This document shows positions 8,647 through 17,974 of a DNA stretch of 64,000 nucleotides, piece after piece. Each line of letters opens with the position of its first letter. The stretch's first letter is position 1. This DNA comes from Candidatus Woesearchaeota archaeon. GTDB lineage: Archaea; Nanobdellota; Nanobdellia; Woesearchaeales; 21-14-0-10-32-9. A program made the position numbers and the translations under genes. The notes under the pieces were generated by a model. That model was not told the DNA's origin. It ran no database searches and saw nothing but the letters and a program-made list of their open reading frames with translations. The stretch covers positions 56,858 to 120,857 of the forward strand of contig JBKHAC010000001.1 in assembly GCA_046543095.1 (NCBI GenBank). Reading direction: 5' to 3'.

Positions 8647-9156
8647 TTAATTGGAATATAGTATTATGAATATTTTTGCAGGAGTTCTATTTCCATCTAT
8701 ATTAATTAAGCTTATTCTCTCTCTTGTAATTGTGAATTTATGATTTAATGCATTATTAATTGGAGTATTATTTATTATATGTTCTTGTGGGCCTGTGCTA
8801 TTTTGGTAGGATATATTTATGAAATAATCATTTTGTACGCCTAGCAATATTTTTGATTTTCCAAAATTATTTTTTGCTATTTCTGTTAGGTTGTATATTT
8901 TTTGTTGGTCTAGTGCGTTATTTGTCATAAGACCTATTTTTTGGACTGTGTCTTTGCTCCAATTAGAAGGATATCCTGTAAGTAATATTGCATCTCCAAG
9001 TCTTGTTGCTTCATTTTCTAATATTTTTGTTTTATCATTTCCAATCACTGGGCGAGTCATTAGTGAATCGAAGAAAAATGTTAAAACGAGTAAAAATACA
9101 AATAGTGCTAGCATAACTGAGAATAGTATTGTTTGTGCTTTTTTGTGTTTAATCAT
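8647..9156 (-). CDS. pilin-like protein with class III signal peptide
   Basis: 169 aa. 'MIKHKKAQ/TILFSVMLALFVFLLVL'. Overlaps the upstream gene by 8 nt. Confidence 0.65.
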   Translation of the reverse strand: MIKHKKAQTILFSVMLALFVFLLVLTFFFDSLMTRPVIGNDKTKILENEATRLGDAILLTGYPSNWSKDTVQKIGLMTNNALDQQKIYNLTEIAKNNFGKSKILLGVQNDYFINISYQNSTGPQEHIINNTPINNALNHKFTITRERISLINIDGNRTPAKIFIILYSN

Positions 9157-9565
9157 GTATTACGCCTATTTGATTTTCTTTTTTTATGAATGTGTTTTTT
9201 CCTTTTTTTATTGTGTCATTTAAATAAGGTACATCGAAATGTGTGTAAAATCCTATATCAGTATTATTTATTGTTATTGTTGAAAAGTTATAGTCGTTTG
9301 AAGTGTAACTTTGTGAAGCTATTTCGTATTTGTTTCCGCTGATTGTTTCTGTTAGTTCAATTATTTGAGTGAATCCTTGAGGCATTTGTGCCACTACAAA
9401 TAATTCGTGTTTTAATCCGAATGCAAAATCTTCCATTAAGTCCAAGTTTTGTTGTTGTTGAAGGTTTTCTTGAAATGAGGTTGAAAATGCTATCCAGAAC
9501 GTAAAACCTAAGGTTAATATGAAAAATATCATCATGAATTCGTAAGCTGCTTGTGCTTGTCTCAA
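9149..9565 (-). CDS. pilin-like protein with class III signal peptide
   Basis: 138 aa. TTG start preceded by AGGGGA. 'MRQAQ/AAYEFMMIFFILTLGFTFWIAF'. Confidence 0.6.
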   Translation of the reverse strand: MRQAQAAYEFMMIFFILTLGFTFWIAFSTSFQENLQQQQNLDLMEDFAFGLKHELFVVAQMPQGFTQIIELTETISGNKYEIASQSYTSNDYNFSTITINNTDIGFYTHFDVPYLNDTIKKGKNTFIKKENQIGVIHD

Positions 9566-9646
9566 TTTATTCCCCTTTTTGCCCCATTTTAATATTTATA
9601 ATTTTAAATTTGTAATTTAATTTGTAATTTTAATTATTTATTAGTA

Positions 9647-10075
9647 TTAGTTATTTTCAGATATAATAATACATCCTGATGAGTTCGTGATTATCTCTAT
9701 ATTATGTGGTCCGCTAAATGTTGGCAGAGCAACATGATCACATATACTTGCTTGAATCGTGCTATATATTGTTCCAGCGAAACCTTCTAATTCAAATTCT
9801 ATCACTCCATAATTTTGTCCCGTTCTATTTATATGTGCTTTTGTAACTCCTTGAGGAAAGTACGCTGAAATTATTGTTCTAGATCCTGGGCCTTGGTAAA
9901 ATAGTTTTTCTGCTTGAAAAGATACTTCTCGTGCAACTTCTACGAGGTGTTCTACATTAACATCACCTCTTAAATCATCATAGCCTTGATATAAGTACCA
10001 TACTAGTGGAATCATTAATACTATTGAGAATGCGACTACTAACATGTATTCCATTGCGAATTGTGCTTTTCTCAT
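9647..10075 (-). CDS. pilin-like protein with class III signal peptide (likely major subunit)
   Basis: 142 aa. 'MRKAQ/FAMEYMLVVAFSIVLMIPLV', the archaeal pilin Q-x-x-x-E type N-terminus. GAGGA Shine-Dalgarno. First gene of the pilin block. Confidence 0.7.
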   Translation of the reverse strand: MRKAQFAMEYMLVVAFSIVLMIPLVWYLYQGYDDLRGDVNVEHLVEVAREVSFQAEKLFYQGPGSRTIISAYFPQGVTKAHINRTGQNYGVIEFELEGFAGTIYSTIQASICDHVALPTFSGPHNIEIITNSSGCIIISENN

Positions 10076-10188
10076 CCAAATCCTCTTCTTTTTATTTAAT
10101 AATTAAATTATAATTTATACTTTTTTCAAGCATATATAAACTTTTTGAAAAAATTAGTAGTTTATTTGATAATTTTGAATGGTTCTAA

Positions 10189-11862
10189 GTGCGGTTTAAA
10201 TATAACGAGGGAGTGATTATTTTAAATCTTGCAAGTTTTTATTTGTTTTTTTCTAGTTTTTATGTGTGTTTTTTTATTATTATTTTATTTATGCGGAGAA
10301 TATTTGTCAAAAAACTTGTTTTTAAAGGAAAACTTTTATATATTGTAAAGTTACTTAATTTTTTATTGGAAAAAAAAGGTGAGTTTGAAGAAGCTAGTTT
10401 TGAATTCTTGAGGAATGCTAGCGAAAGAGAATTATTCTATTTAAATACTGGTTTGACTATGTCAGGTGCTAGACTTTTATTGCTTCAAATAAGAAATATG
10501 AGTGATGAGGCCATAACGCATTATATTTCTGGTTCAAGAAATGAGTTTGCTGATTGGTTTGAGCATATTTTTAAGGATAAAGATCTTGGTTTGAATCTTA
10601 GAAAAGAGAAAAGTAAATCAGAAATAGTTAAGCATATTTTTAATAAGATATGTGAATTATCTGGAGCTAAGTTAAAAAAATATGGCATTACTGTGCCTTT
10701 AGATAAGTTGTATAATGCAGAAGAATATATTGAGAGTAGACTTAGTCGTGGAGAGCCCATTTTTGTGATTAAAAAGAATTTGATATCGAGCGGTTGGAGT
10801 GCTCGAGTGGTTGATTTGATTTTGGAAAATAATTATTATTTTTATATAACTTTCACATCATTACCTAATTTATTTGAAATTAATTCTGCTCAAAGAAAAT
10901 TTGAAGAATTGAAAAAGAGCATTATTAATGCGATTGCTGATGGTATAGATCTTAAAGATATTGGAGATTATCTTAAAAATCAAGGGTGGTCTAAGAATAT
11001 TTTTGAATATGTTTTGTTTAATGTTTATAAACCTAAAACTAATATAACTAAATTATCTTGGTTTATTATTAAAGAGATTGGAGATAATAATAGGACTGTT
11101 GAGGAAATTACAAATTATCTTGTAAAAGCTGGTTGGAAAGATCATATAATAAATAATTTAATTCATAAGGTTCACACTTTTGAGGATGATTTGGAGCAAA
11201 TATTAAGTTATGTTTCTTCGTTTGATACTGATGAGAAGCTTAGAATTAAAGAATTCTTAAAAAAGAATGGGTGGGATGAATCTTTTATAAATCAAGCTAT
11301 TAAGAATAGGGAATTGACAAGATTTTGGGATTATGTTAGTGAGTCGCTTAGTTTAGAAAATGCGAGTATGATAAAATTTAATTTTGAGATTTTTAAAGAT
11401 AATATTTTAAAGCTTAAAGCCTCTTCTGGTGCGAGCGTGTTTTGGAATAATTTGCTTGAGTCTTATAAAAAAGTTAATGTATCTTCTTTTTTTAATAATT
11501 CAGGGGAGTTACATGTTGATTCTGATTATATTTATTATTATTCTAAATCTGATATTGATTTTTTAATTGAGTCTTCAAATAAAGGCATTTTAAGAAAGTT
11601 GCTTCCGAGTGCAGGAATTACTTTTTATTATTCTACGCCTATTAAGCCTTTGCTTTGTGAGATAAATAAAAATAAATATTTAATATCTTCAAAAATTATT
11701 CACAAAAATTGTTTGCATTGTAATGCTAGTTTTCCTGTGAATAAAATGAGTAAAGTAGAGATTTGGGATACTTCTAGAACTCATAAAATAACTAAATATG
11801 TGTGTCGTACGCATGAAAAATTAGTTAGTACTTTAATGGATGAGACAAGAATAATTCAATAA
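10189..11862 (+). CDS. hypothetical protein with four 'L-x3-GW' helical repeats and a C-terminal Cys/His cluster
   Basis: 557-aa ORF from a GTG start; an ATG at 10291 is a more conservative start. Four repeats: 'IKKNLISSGWSARVVDLIL', 'IGDYLKNQGWSKNIFEYVL', 'ITNYLVKAGWKDHIINNLI', 'IKEFLKKNGWDESFINQAI'. C-terminal 'CLHC...C..H'. Transcribed divergently from the pilin genes. Confidence 0.6.
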   Translation: MRFKYNEGVIILNLASFYLFFSSFYVCFFIIILFMRRIFVKKLVFKGKLLYIVKLLNFLLEKKGEFEEASFEFLRNASERELFYLNTGLTMSGARLLLLQIRNMSDEAITHYISGSRNEFADWFEHIFKDKDLGLNLRKEKSKSEIVKHIFNKICELSGAKLKKYGITVPLDKLYNAEEYIESRLSRGEPIFVIKKNLISSGWSARVVDLILENNYYFYITFTSLPNLFEINSAQRKFEELKKSIINAIADGIDLKDIGDYLKNQGWSKNIFEYVLFNVYKPKTNITKLSWFIIKEIGDNNRTVEEITNYLVKAGWKDHIINNLIHKVHTFEDDLEQILSYVSSFDTDEKLRIKEFLKKNGWDESFINQAIKNRELTRFWDYVSESLSLENASMIKFNFEIFKDNILKLKASSGASVFWNNLLESYKKVNVSSFFNNSGELHVDSDYIYYYSKSDIDFLIESSNKGILRKLLPSAGITFYYSTPIKPLLCEINKNKYLISSKIIHKNCLHCNASFPVNKMSKVEIWDTSRTHKITKYVCRTHEKLVSTLMDETRIIQ

Positions 11863-12021
11863 AGCAAATAAATCATGCTTTGCATATCGCAAAGGTGTTA
11901 AGTTTAACTTATAAATTTTCAAAAAGAATTTTTGTGTATTTTATTGTGTCAAGAACCGTTTGTTGAATCCTTGTGTGCTTCGTCCTAGAGCAGAATAAGG
12001 ATTTACGTGGTTTTTGTTAAT

Positions 12022-12234
12022 CTATGCACTATGTGTTGCGTCTCTAAGTGTTATTGTAAGTGTTGTGAATGTTGTTTTTAAGTCTATCATTTTTCTTTTT
12101 TGAAAAAGGTATGCTAATTTTCTAACATATGTTTCTTCTACTTGAAGTAATTTCGCTGCCTCTTTCGTAGTAATATTTTTTTTGTTATAAACTAAGTTCA
12201 TAAACTCATCTGCTTTTGTTTCTATTATTGCCAT
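12022..12234 (-). CDS. small winged-helix-like protein, last gene of pilus module A
   Basis: 70 aa. 'ITTKEAAKLLQVEETYVRKLAYL' parallels 'IDIKSAAKELNVDEEIVQQWVDFL' of the protein encoded at 20351-20779. TAG stop. Confidence 0.5.
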   Translation of the reverse strand: MAIIETKADEFMNLVYNKKNITTKEAAKLLQVEETYVRKLAYLFQKRKMIDLKTTFTTLTITLRDATHSA

Positions 12235-12243
12235 TTTTTTTCC

Positions 12244-13482
12244 TCACACAAAATTTATTAAGCCTGAAAGTGCAAATTTTCCTAGCACATATAGCCCTAT
12301 TGATATTAAAGTATATACAAAAATATTTTTTATTCCTTGTTGGAAATTTCCATATCTTATCATACTTATGACAAGACTTGACACTATGCTATTTGTAATA
12401 ATCATAAGTATTGCGAATGCATCAAAATTAATTAAATTAACGCCGCCGCCTGATTGTAAACTCATTGTAGTGCCCATGTTAACGTTTCCGGTTTGTACAT
12501 CTAGTTTTTCTTTAACTCCTGCAATTGTTGTGTTCATTTGATAACTCATTGCAAACATTAAAGGTGCAATTATTATTCCTGCAACTATTATGAATATAAC
12601 ATAATTTTTTACGTTTGCAGCCATGCTTGCTTGCATATTTCTCATTTTTGTTATATTATTTGCAATTTCGTCTAGTAACGCTGATATATTTGATCCGCTT
12701 TTAACGCTGATGCTTATACTATTCATTGCTCGCTCTAGTATTTTTGAATCGAATTTTTTGCCGAATATCTCTAGGGATTTTGCGAAGTCTCCTTTAACTC
12801 TTGTTGTTTTTGCTACTTGTTCTATTTCTTTTGAGAGTATTCCAAATCTTGGTCTGTTGCTTGCGATTAGGGCTTTATCTAGAGGGAGGCCTGATCTGTA
12901 ATTTGTTGCGACTAGTCTTAAATATTCAGGGAGTACTTTTTCTACTTCTTTTGTTCTTTTAAATGCTTTATAATCTAGAAATACTAGTGCAATAAGTAGA
13001 CTTGAGTAATATATTATTACAAATCCTATAAACCAAGAAACTAATAATAACAATATAGTTATTTTCCAATCAAAAGGTTGGGTTAGCGCCCATACTCCCG
13101 CTGAGAATATGCTTATGCATAAAATTACGATAGATATAAACATTAATTTTCTAACGTATACTTCTGGCTCTATTTCAAGTCCTGCTTTGTATAATTTTAC
13201 TTTTATGTTTCTGTAGAAATTTGTTTTTTTCTTTTCTTTTTTTGGAAGAGCCATACCTAGTTCTTTTCTCATTTGATATTTTTGTGCTTCTATTGATTTA
13301 TTTTTTAAAAGGAATTCATCTAAAACTAGTTCTGGTTCTGTGTAGTTTCTGTCTTTTTGTTCATTAATTATGTTTTTTTCATCAAGGTTGTTTTTGTTAG
13401 GCATATTAGTTTTTGAAGTAGTGTTTTGTGTTTCTTTATCTGTTGGTTTTTGCTCGATTTTTTTTTCTTGTTTTTCAATCAT
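12244..13482 (-). CDS. type II secretion system F-domain membrane protein (TadC/half-FlaJ-like), module A
   Basis: 412 aa. Lys/Glu-rich N-terminus, then TM helices flanking a cytoplasmic helical domain ('LPEYLRLVATNYRSGLPLDKAL...'). Paralog of 16091-17104. Start overlaps the upstream stop (TAATG). Confidence 0.8.
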   Translation of the reverse strand: MIEKQEKKIEQKPTDKETQNTTSKTNMPNKNNLDEKNIINEQKDRNYTEPELVLDEFLLKNKSIEAQKYQMRKELGMALPKKEKKKTNFYRNIKVKLYKAGLEIEPEVYVRKLMFISIVILCISIFSAGVWALTQPFDWKITILLLLVSWFIGFVIIYYSSLLIALVFLDYKAFKRTKEVEKVLPEYLRLVATNYRSGLPLDKALIASNRPRFGILSKEIEQVAKTTRVKGDFAKSLEIFGKKFDSKILERAMNSISISVKSGSNISALLDEIANNITKMRNMQASMAANVKNYVIFIIVAGIIIAPLMFAMSYQMNTTIAGVKEKLDVQTGNVNMGTTMSLQSGGGVNLINFDAFAILMIITNSIVSSLVISMIRYGNFQQGIKNIFVYTLISIGLYVLGKFALSGLINFV

Positions 13483-14306
13483 TAGTGAGCCTCCACTGAT
13501 GGTCTTCTATTAGCTGTGAATTTTAAAAAGAAGAATTGGACTAATGTGAGTAGCATCCAAACTGTTAATAGTAAAGGAAGAGCTACAGTTATTCCTAGAA
13601 ATGTTAATACTGCAAGTAGTATTGTGAATCCTATTGTTGGGATTATTATTGCTATCATCATGTAAAATAAAGATAGTGCGTTTAGTTCTCTGCCATATTC
13701 TTCTATTTGTATTTTTTGTTCTTCTACTATATCATTTAATAATACTTCAAGTGATTTGGTAATATCTGTTCCTGTTTGGAGGCTATTTAATAGTTGCCAA
13801 TAAACGCTTCTAAGATGTGCTGAGGGGCAAGTTTCTACAGCTTCAGATAGTGCTTTTTCCATTGTGTTTCCTAGTTTTATTTCATTTACTATTTCATCAA
13901 AATATATTCCTATTATGACGAAGTTCTTACTTATATTATTAATTGAGTTATACAGTGATCTTTCACTTTTGAGTTCAAGGCTTAAGAATCTTATTGCAGA
14001 GACTATTTCTGAGTCTATTTGTTTTTCTGCGTTTAGAATATCAAATGAGGGTTTATTCATTAAGAAATAAAAGGAAAATAAAAAGAATATTATTAGAAAT
14101 GGTATTGCAAATAATATTGATGATTCAAATATTAAAAGCATAGTTGATATAAAAAAGAATATCATTAAAGACACAAATATTGCTGAGATGAATGCTTTTT
14201 TTGTATAATCAATATAGTTATCTTTATATCTTGCGTTTTTTAGACTAGTTTGTAGTTTTGGAAAGTAGCCTGATATTTTTTTGAAGAATAGTTCTGAAAT
14301 TTTCAA
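13482..14306 (-). CDS. type II secretion system F-domain membrane protein (TadB/half-FlaJ-like), module A
   Basis: 274 aa. 'EIVNEIKLGNTMEKALSEAVE...TGTDITKSLEVLLNDIVEEQ' aligns with the protein encoded at 17162-17971. TTG start overlaps the ATPase stop (TTGA). Confidence 0.8.
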   Translation of the reverse strand: MKISELFFKKISGYFPKLQTSLKNARYKDNYIDYTKKAFISAIFVSLMIFFFISTMLLIFESSILFAIPFLIIFFLFSFYFLMNKPSFDILNAEKQIDSEIVSAIRFLSLELKSERSLYNSINNISKNFVIIGIYFDEIVNEIKLGNTMEKALSEAVETCPSAHLRSVYWQLLNSLQTGTDITKSLEVLLNDIVEEQKIQIEEYGRELNALSLFYMMIAIIIPTIGFTILLAVLTFLGITVALPLLLTVWMLLTLVQFFFLKFTANRRPSVEAH

Positions 14307-15802
14307 GCACCTCTTTTTTTAGTATTTTTTAATGCTTGGTTTATCCTTAGAATGAGTTTGTCTTTATCAGCGTAATAGTCCGCCATTATTTTTCCTACTT
14401 TTTCAATATTAAATATTTTTAATTTTACCATCGCGTCTAATATTGTTTTTTTCTCATCTAAATCTTTTTTTAGTTCTGTTTCGCTAAGTCCTGTAAACAT
14501 GCTAAGTTCTTGCATTACTCTTTTTGATTTTTCGGTCTCAGACAATTTGTCTCGTTTAGCATCATATTTGAATAAAATATTATATTCATTATTTTCAAGT
14601 ACTTCAGCTACTTCAAATGTTCTTCTTTTTCCTGTTCTTCTATTTCTAAATTGCACTAGCATTATATTTATTGCAGGTAGGAGTGCTTTTGGGACATTTA
14701 CAGGTTCGCTTGTAAGTCTTGCTATTGCTTCTCTTGCGTTATTTGCGTGAAATGTCGCGTAACATGAATGTCCTGTGTGTATGGCTTCAAATAATGTTTC
14801 TGCGTCTGCGCTTTTTCGAACTTCTCCTACGAGGATTCTGTCAGGCCTCATACGTAGACTGTTTACAAGTAAGTCTTCCATAGTTATTTTTCCTTTTCCT
14901 TCTGAGTTTTCAAGTCTTGTCATCATTGGCACCCAGTATAGGAAGCTTGCAAGTTTGAGTTCTGCTGTGTCTTCTATGCTTATTATTCTTTGGTTTGGAG
15001 GGATGAAATTTGATAGTGCGTTAAGCATACTTGTTTTTCCTGAGGCTGTTCCTCCTACTACGAGTATTGACATCTCGAATTGCATTATTTGCCATATAAA
15101 TGCTGCGACGTTCGATGATAGCGTGTTTGTTTCTATGAATTTTGTTATGGTCCATGGATCTTCTGAGAATTTACGTAAAGTTATTGTATTTCCCTTAACT
15201 GTGATAGGCGTTATTGTGGCGTTCACCCTTTCGCCTGAGGGAAGTGATGCGTCTAGTAGTGGGTTCAAAGTATTTATTTGTCTGCCTACATTCCTTCCTA
15301 TTCTTGCTGCTGTTTGTTTAATTTGTTCTTCGCTAGACATATATATATTTGTTCTCATCCAACCCCATTTTCTGTGGTATACCCATATTGGTTCTTGTGC
15401 GTTATCTATTGCTATTTCTTCGAGTTGTGAATCGTGTAGTAAGAAGTCCATATAGCCCATGCCAAGTGATCTTGAGAGAAGATAACTTTTTAGAAGTGTT
15501 TTTGTTTCATCGTCGCTATGTGGAAAGAATTCATTTAGGATTTTTGTTGCTTCGAGGTCAAATTTTTCATCTGTCTCTCCCGTAACTTCGTCTACTGAGA
15601 AGTTTTCAAGGTTCATTACCTTGATTAATTGTTCTTGTATCTCTTCAAGCACTATCTCCGTATTTTTACTAATTCCTGAGATGCTAACATTGTATGAATA
15701 AGTGTAGGAGTCTTCTTTTTTTCTAATTGAAACAAATACGGGTATGTCTCGTATTTTATTTGTATATTCTTCAAGTATTTTTACTTTGGGAGAATCTGCC
15801 AT
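14303..15802 (-). CDS. archaeal type IV filament assembly ATPase (FlaI/PilB/VirB11 family), module A
   Basis: 499 aa. Walker A 'GGTASGKTSMLNAL', plus 'RIISIEDTAELKL', 'MRPDRILVGEVR', 'ATFHAN' and 'NRRTGKRRT'. Confidence 0.92.
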   Translation of the reverse strand: MADSPKVKILEEYTNKIRDIPVFVSIRKKEDSYTYSYNVSISGISKNTEIVLEEIQEQLIKVMNLENFSVDEVTGETDEKFDLEATKILNEFFPHSDDETKTLLKSYLLSRSLGMGYMDFLLHDSQLEEIAIDNAQEPIWVYHRKWGWMRTNIYMSSEEQIKQTAARIGRNVGRQINTLNPLLDASLPSGERVNATITPITVKGNTITLRKFSEDPWTITKFIETNTLSSNVAAFIWQIMQFEMSILVVGGTASGKTSMLNALSNFIPPNQRIISIEDTAELKLASFLYWVPMMTRLENSEGKGKITMEDLLVNSLRMRPDRILVGEVRKSADAETLFEAIHTGHSCYATFHANNAREAIARLTSEPVNVPKALLPAINIMLVQFRNRRTGKRRTFEVAEVLENNEYNILFKYDAKRDKLSETEKSKRVMQELSMFTGLSETELKKDLDEKKTILDAMVKLKIFNIEKVGKIMADYYADKDKLILRINQALKNTKKRGA

Positions 15803-15925
15803 TTTAATTAAATCCCTCTTTTTTATTTTTTTAATATTTTTTTATTTATATATTTTTGGTTTAATATTGAGCTTTTCTTTAATTTTTGAAAAGTTTTTTA
15901 AAGTTTAATTGTTTTTATTGTTTTT

Positions 15926-16075
15926 ATGAGTGATGCAAAACAGCTTAAATCTTTTAATGAGTATATTGTATTAGTTGATGATTATTTTAAATCTTTAAAT
16001 CAAATTGAATTAATTGGTCATGTTCTTATTGGTTTAGGTGTAATTTTAATTATTCTCGGATTTATTTTTATGTAA
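15926..16075 (+). CDS. possible 49-aa single-TM protein (not in ORF track)
   Basis: ATG...TAA frame read by hand: 'MSDAKQLKSFNEYIVLVDDYFKSLNQIELIGHVLIGLGVILIILGFIFM'. It is the only plus-strand frame in the gap between the two pilus modules. Confidence 0.25.
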   Translation: MSDAKQLKSFNEYIVLVDDYFKSLNQIELIGHVLIGLGVILIILGFIFM

Positions 16076-16090
16076 TTTTAAATTAGACAT

Positions 16091-17104
16091 TTAAAATGCG
16101 AGTAGTCCTCCAAAAATGTTTATGAATAAGAAGTATAAAAATAATGCTATAAATGCAAAAAATGGAACGTATTTTATTCCTGATTTTATATCTCCTTTTT
16201 GTATTATTGATAATATTAATGATGCGAAAATAGATATTATTGCTAGTGCAAGAACTGAGAATGCTTTAAAATCAAACTCATCTATTTCTATAACGTCAAT
16301 TTGTACAGGCATATTTGCTGATGATGATGCTAATGCGGGTGCGACTGTTTCAGATACCCCTATTAATATATTGAGTAGGCTGAATGCTAGCGAGAATAGC
16401 AGAGGACTTATCACTGTAACTATTACGCCTATGAATATTGTGAACATCAAGGTATTTGCGGACATTTCTTCTTTGAGTATTTTTGTTTTTCTAAGTGTCT
16501 CTATGGTTTCATCTAGAACTATTGCAATTTCTCCTCCACTCTCAAGTTGGCCTAGTAATAAGTCTATTGTTCTTTTTATTGAGGGAGAGTCATATTTCTC
16601 TGAGAATTCTTGTAATGCCTCAGATAGTTCTGATCCAGTCATGACTTTCTTTGACACAAGGCCCATTTCTTCAGAGAGTACTCCGAATTCAGGTTTTATT
16701 GCGGACCATAGTGCTTTTTCAAATGATAGTCCACCTTTGAGATTTGTTGATACTAGTACTAAATAATCTGCAAGGTTCAAGTCCATCTCTTTTACTCTTC
16801 CAAATATTTTTAAGTTTAAATAGAAGTATATTGCACCTATCAATATTAGGCTTGCAAGAAGTCCTAATCCTGCCCAGAATATAAATACCAAGAGTCCTAC
16901 TATTATTGGGTTGAATTGAGATACTATTCCAAAGAAGTCTATTGCCAGATAAGTTATGCCTATAACTATTAGTACTAAATAAAATAAAACACCATATGTT
17001 TTATATGGAATTTCGTGTATTCCTGCTTTTGAATAATACACTCGAAGTCCTGCTCTGAGGCGTTTTGGTATTATTGCTTTTCCTATTTGTTCTAAAAATT
17101 TCAT
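16091..17104 (-). CDS. type II secretion system F-domain membrane protein (TadC-like), module B
   Basis: 337 aa. 'LADYLVLVSTNLKGGLSFEKAL...' is paralogous to the protein encoded at 12244-13482. Confidence 0.8.
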   Translation of the reverse strand: MKFLEQIGKAIIPKRLRAGLRVYYSKAGIHEIPYKTYGVLFYLVLIVIGITYLAIDFFGIVSQFNPIIVGLLVFIFWAGLGLLASLILIGAIYFYLNLKIFGRVKEMDLNLADYLVLVSTNLKGGLSFEKALWSAIKPEFGVLSEEMGLVSKKVMTGSELSEALQEFSEKYDSPSIKRTIDLLLGQLESGGEIAIVLDETIETLRKTKILKEEMSANTLMFTIFIGVIVTVISPLLFSLAFSLLNILIGVSETVAPALASSSANMPVQIDVIEIDEFDFKAFSVLALAIISIFASLILSIIQKGDIKSGIKYVPFFAFIALFLYFLFINIFGGLLAF

Positions 17105-17161
17105 TTTTTTATTATTTTTTGCTTTTTTTATTTTATTTTGTTTAATTATGTTATTTCTTAA

Positions 17162-17971
17162 TTATATGTTTATATTAGGTCTTATTGATTTGTATACAAC
17201 GAGGAACATAACTTGTATTAGTGCTAGGAAAAATAATACTACTGCGAAATGCATAATACTTATATCTATATTTGCAAGACTTGCTACAACAATTGCAATA
17301 GTCAGTCCTAGACTTGGCACTACAACTGCTAAAAGCATGTAAAATAAAGTTACGCTGTTTAATTTTTTGCCATATCTGTTTATCTCTATTAGTTGTTCTT
17401 CTGCAATTTCATTTAATGTTGCTTCTAAGAATTTTGTGACGTCTATGCCTATTTTTAATGCGTTGTTTATTTGGAATAATATTTTTTTAAATTTTTGTGA
17501 GGGATTATATTCTGTAGCTTCATCAAGAGCGTCTTCTATTGATTTTCCAAGTTCTATTTCTCGTACTATTTCTTTAAAGTATACGCTTGCAACTCCGTAG
17601 CTTTTTGATGCATCAAGAAGGGCGTTTACTAGTGGTTGTCCACCGTTTAATTTTACAAGTAAATATTTTCCTGCAAAAAGTACATCTTTATCTATTTCTT
17701 TTTGTCGTTTGGATATTCTGCCCTTTACGGACATTATGTTGAAATTAAAAAATATGTATAAGAATATTATGAAGAATACAGGAAGTGTTATTAAAGGTAT
17801 TTTGGCGGCTGCGGCAATTAAAAAAACAAGTAAGGTGAATGCTATACTCATAGTTATTGCTTTTTTTACTGCATCACGAACGAATTGTTGTGGTGATTGA
17901 TTTATTTTTGCCATTCTTAGCTGTTTTTTCAGCATCGGCTTTTTTGATGCGAGTTTTGCGTATAGGTCCAT
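17162..17971 (-). CDS. type II secretion system F-domain membrane protein (TadB-like), module B
   Basis: 269 aa. Paralog of 13482-14306. Starts one codon after the ATPase stop. Confidence 0.8.
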   Translation of the reverse strand: MDLYAKLASKKPMLKKQLRMAKINQSPQQFVRDAVKKAITMSIAFTLLVFLIAAAAKIPLITLPVFFIIFLYIFFNFNIMSVKGRISKRQKEIDKDVLFAGKYLLVKLNGGQPLVNALLDASKSYGVASVYFKEIVREIELGKSIEDALDEATEYNPSQKFKKILFQINNALKIGIDVTKFLEATLNEIAEEQLIEINRYGKKLNSVTLFYMLLAVVVPSLGLTIAIVVASLANIDISIMHFAVVLFFLALIQVMFLVVYKSIRPNINI

Positions 17972-17974
17972 TTT

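Noticed and set aside
14775-15455. Long plus-strand ORFs in the track lying entirely inside strong minus-strand genes. Examples: 14775-15455, 16116-16766, 18018-18578, 40473-41072, 45303-45830, 62181-62771, 36193-36513, 1849-2259 and 8193-8546, plus the many 60-130-aa ones.
   Set aside because: They are antisense shadows of genes with clear family motifs (ATPases, T2SSF proteins, aldolase, PpsA, FtsZ). Their translations are low-complexity Ser/Phe/Leu/Ile-rich strings without motifs, as expected from the reverse frames of AT-rich coding DNA.
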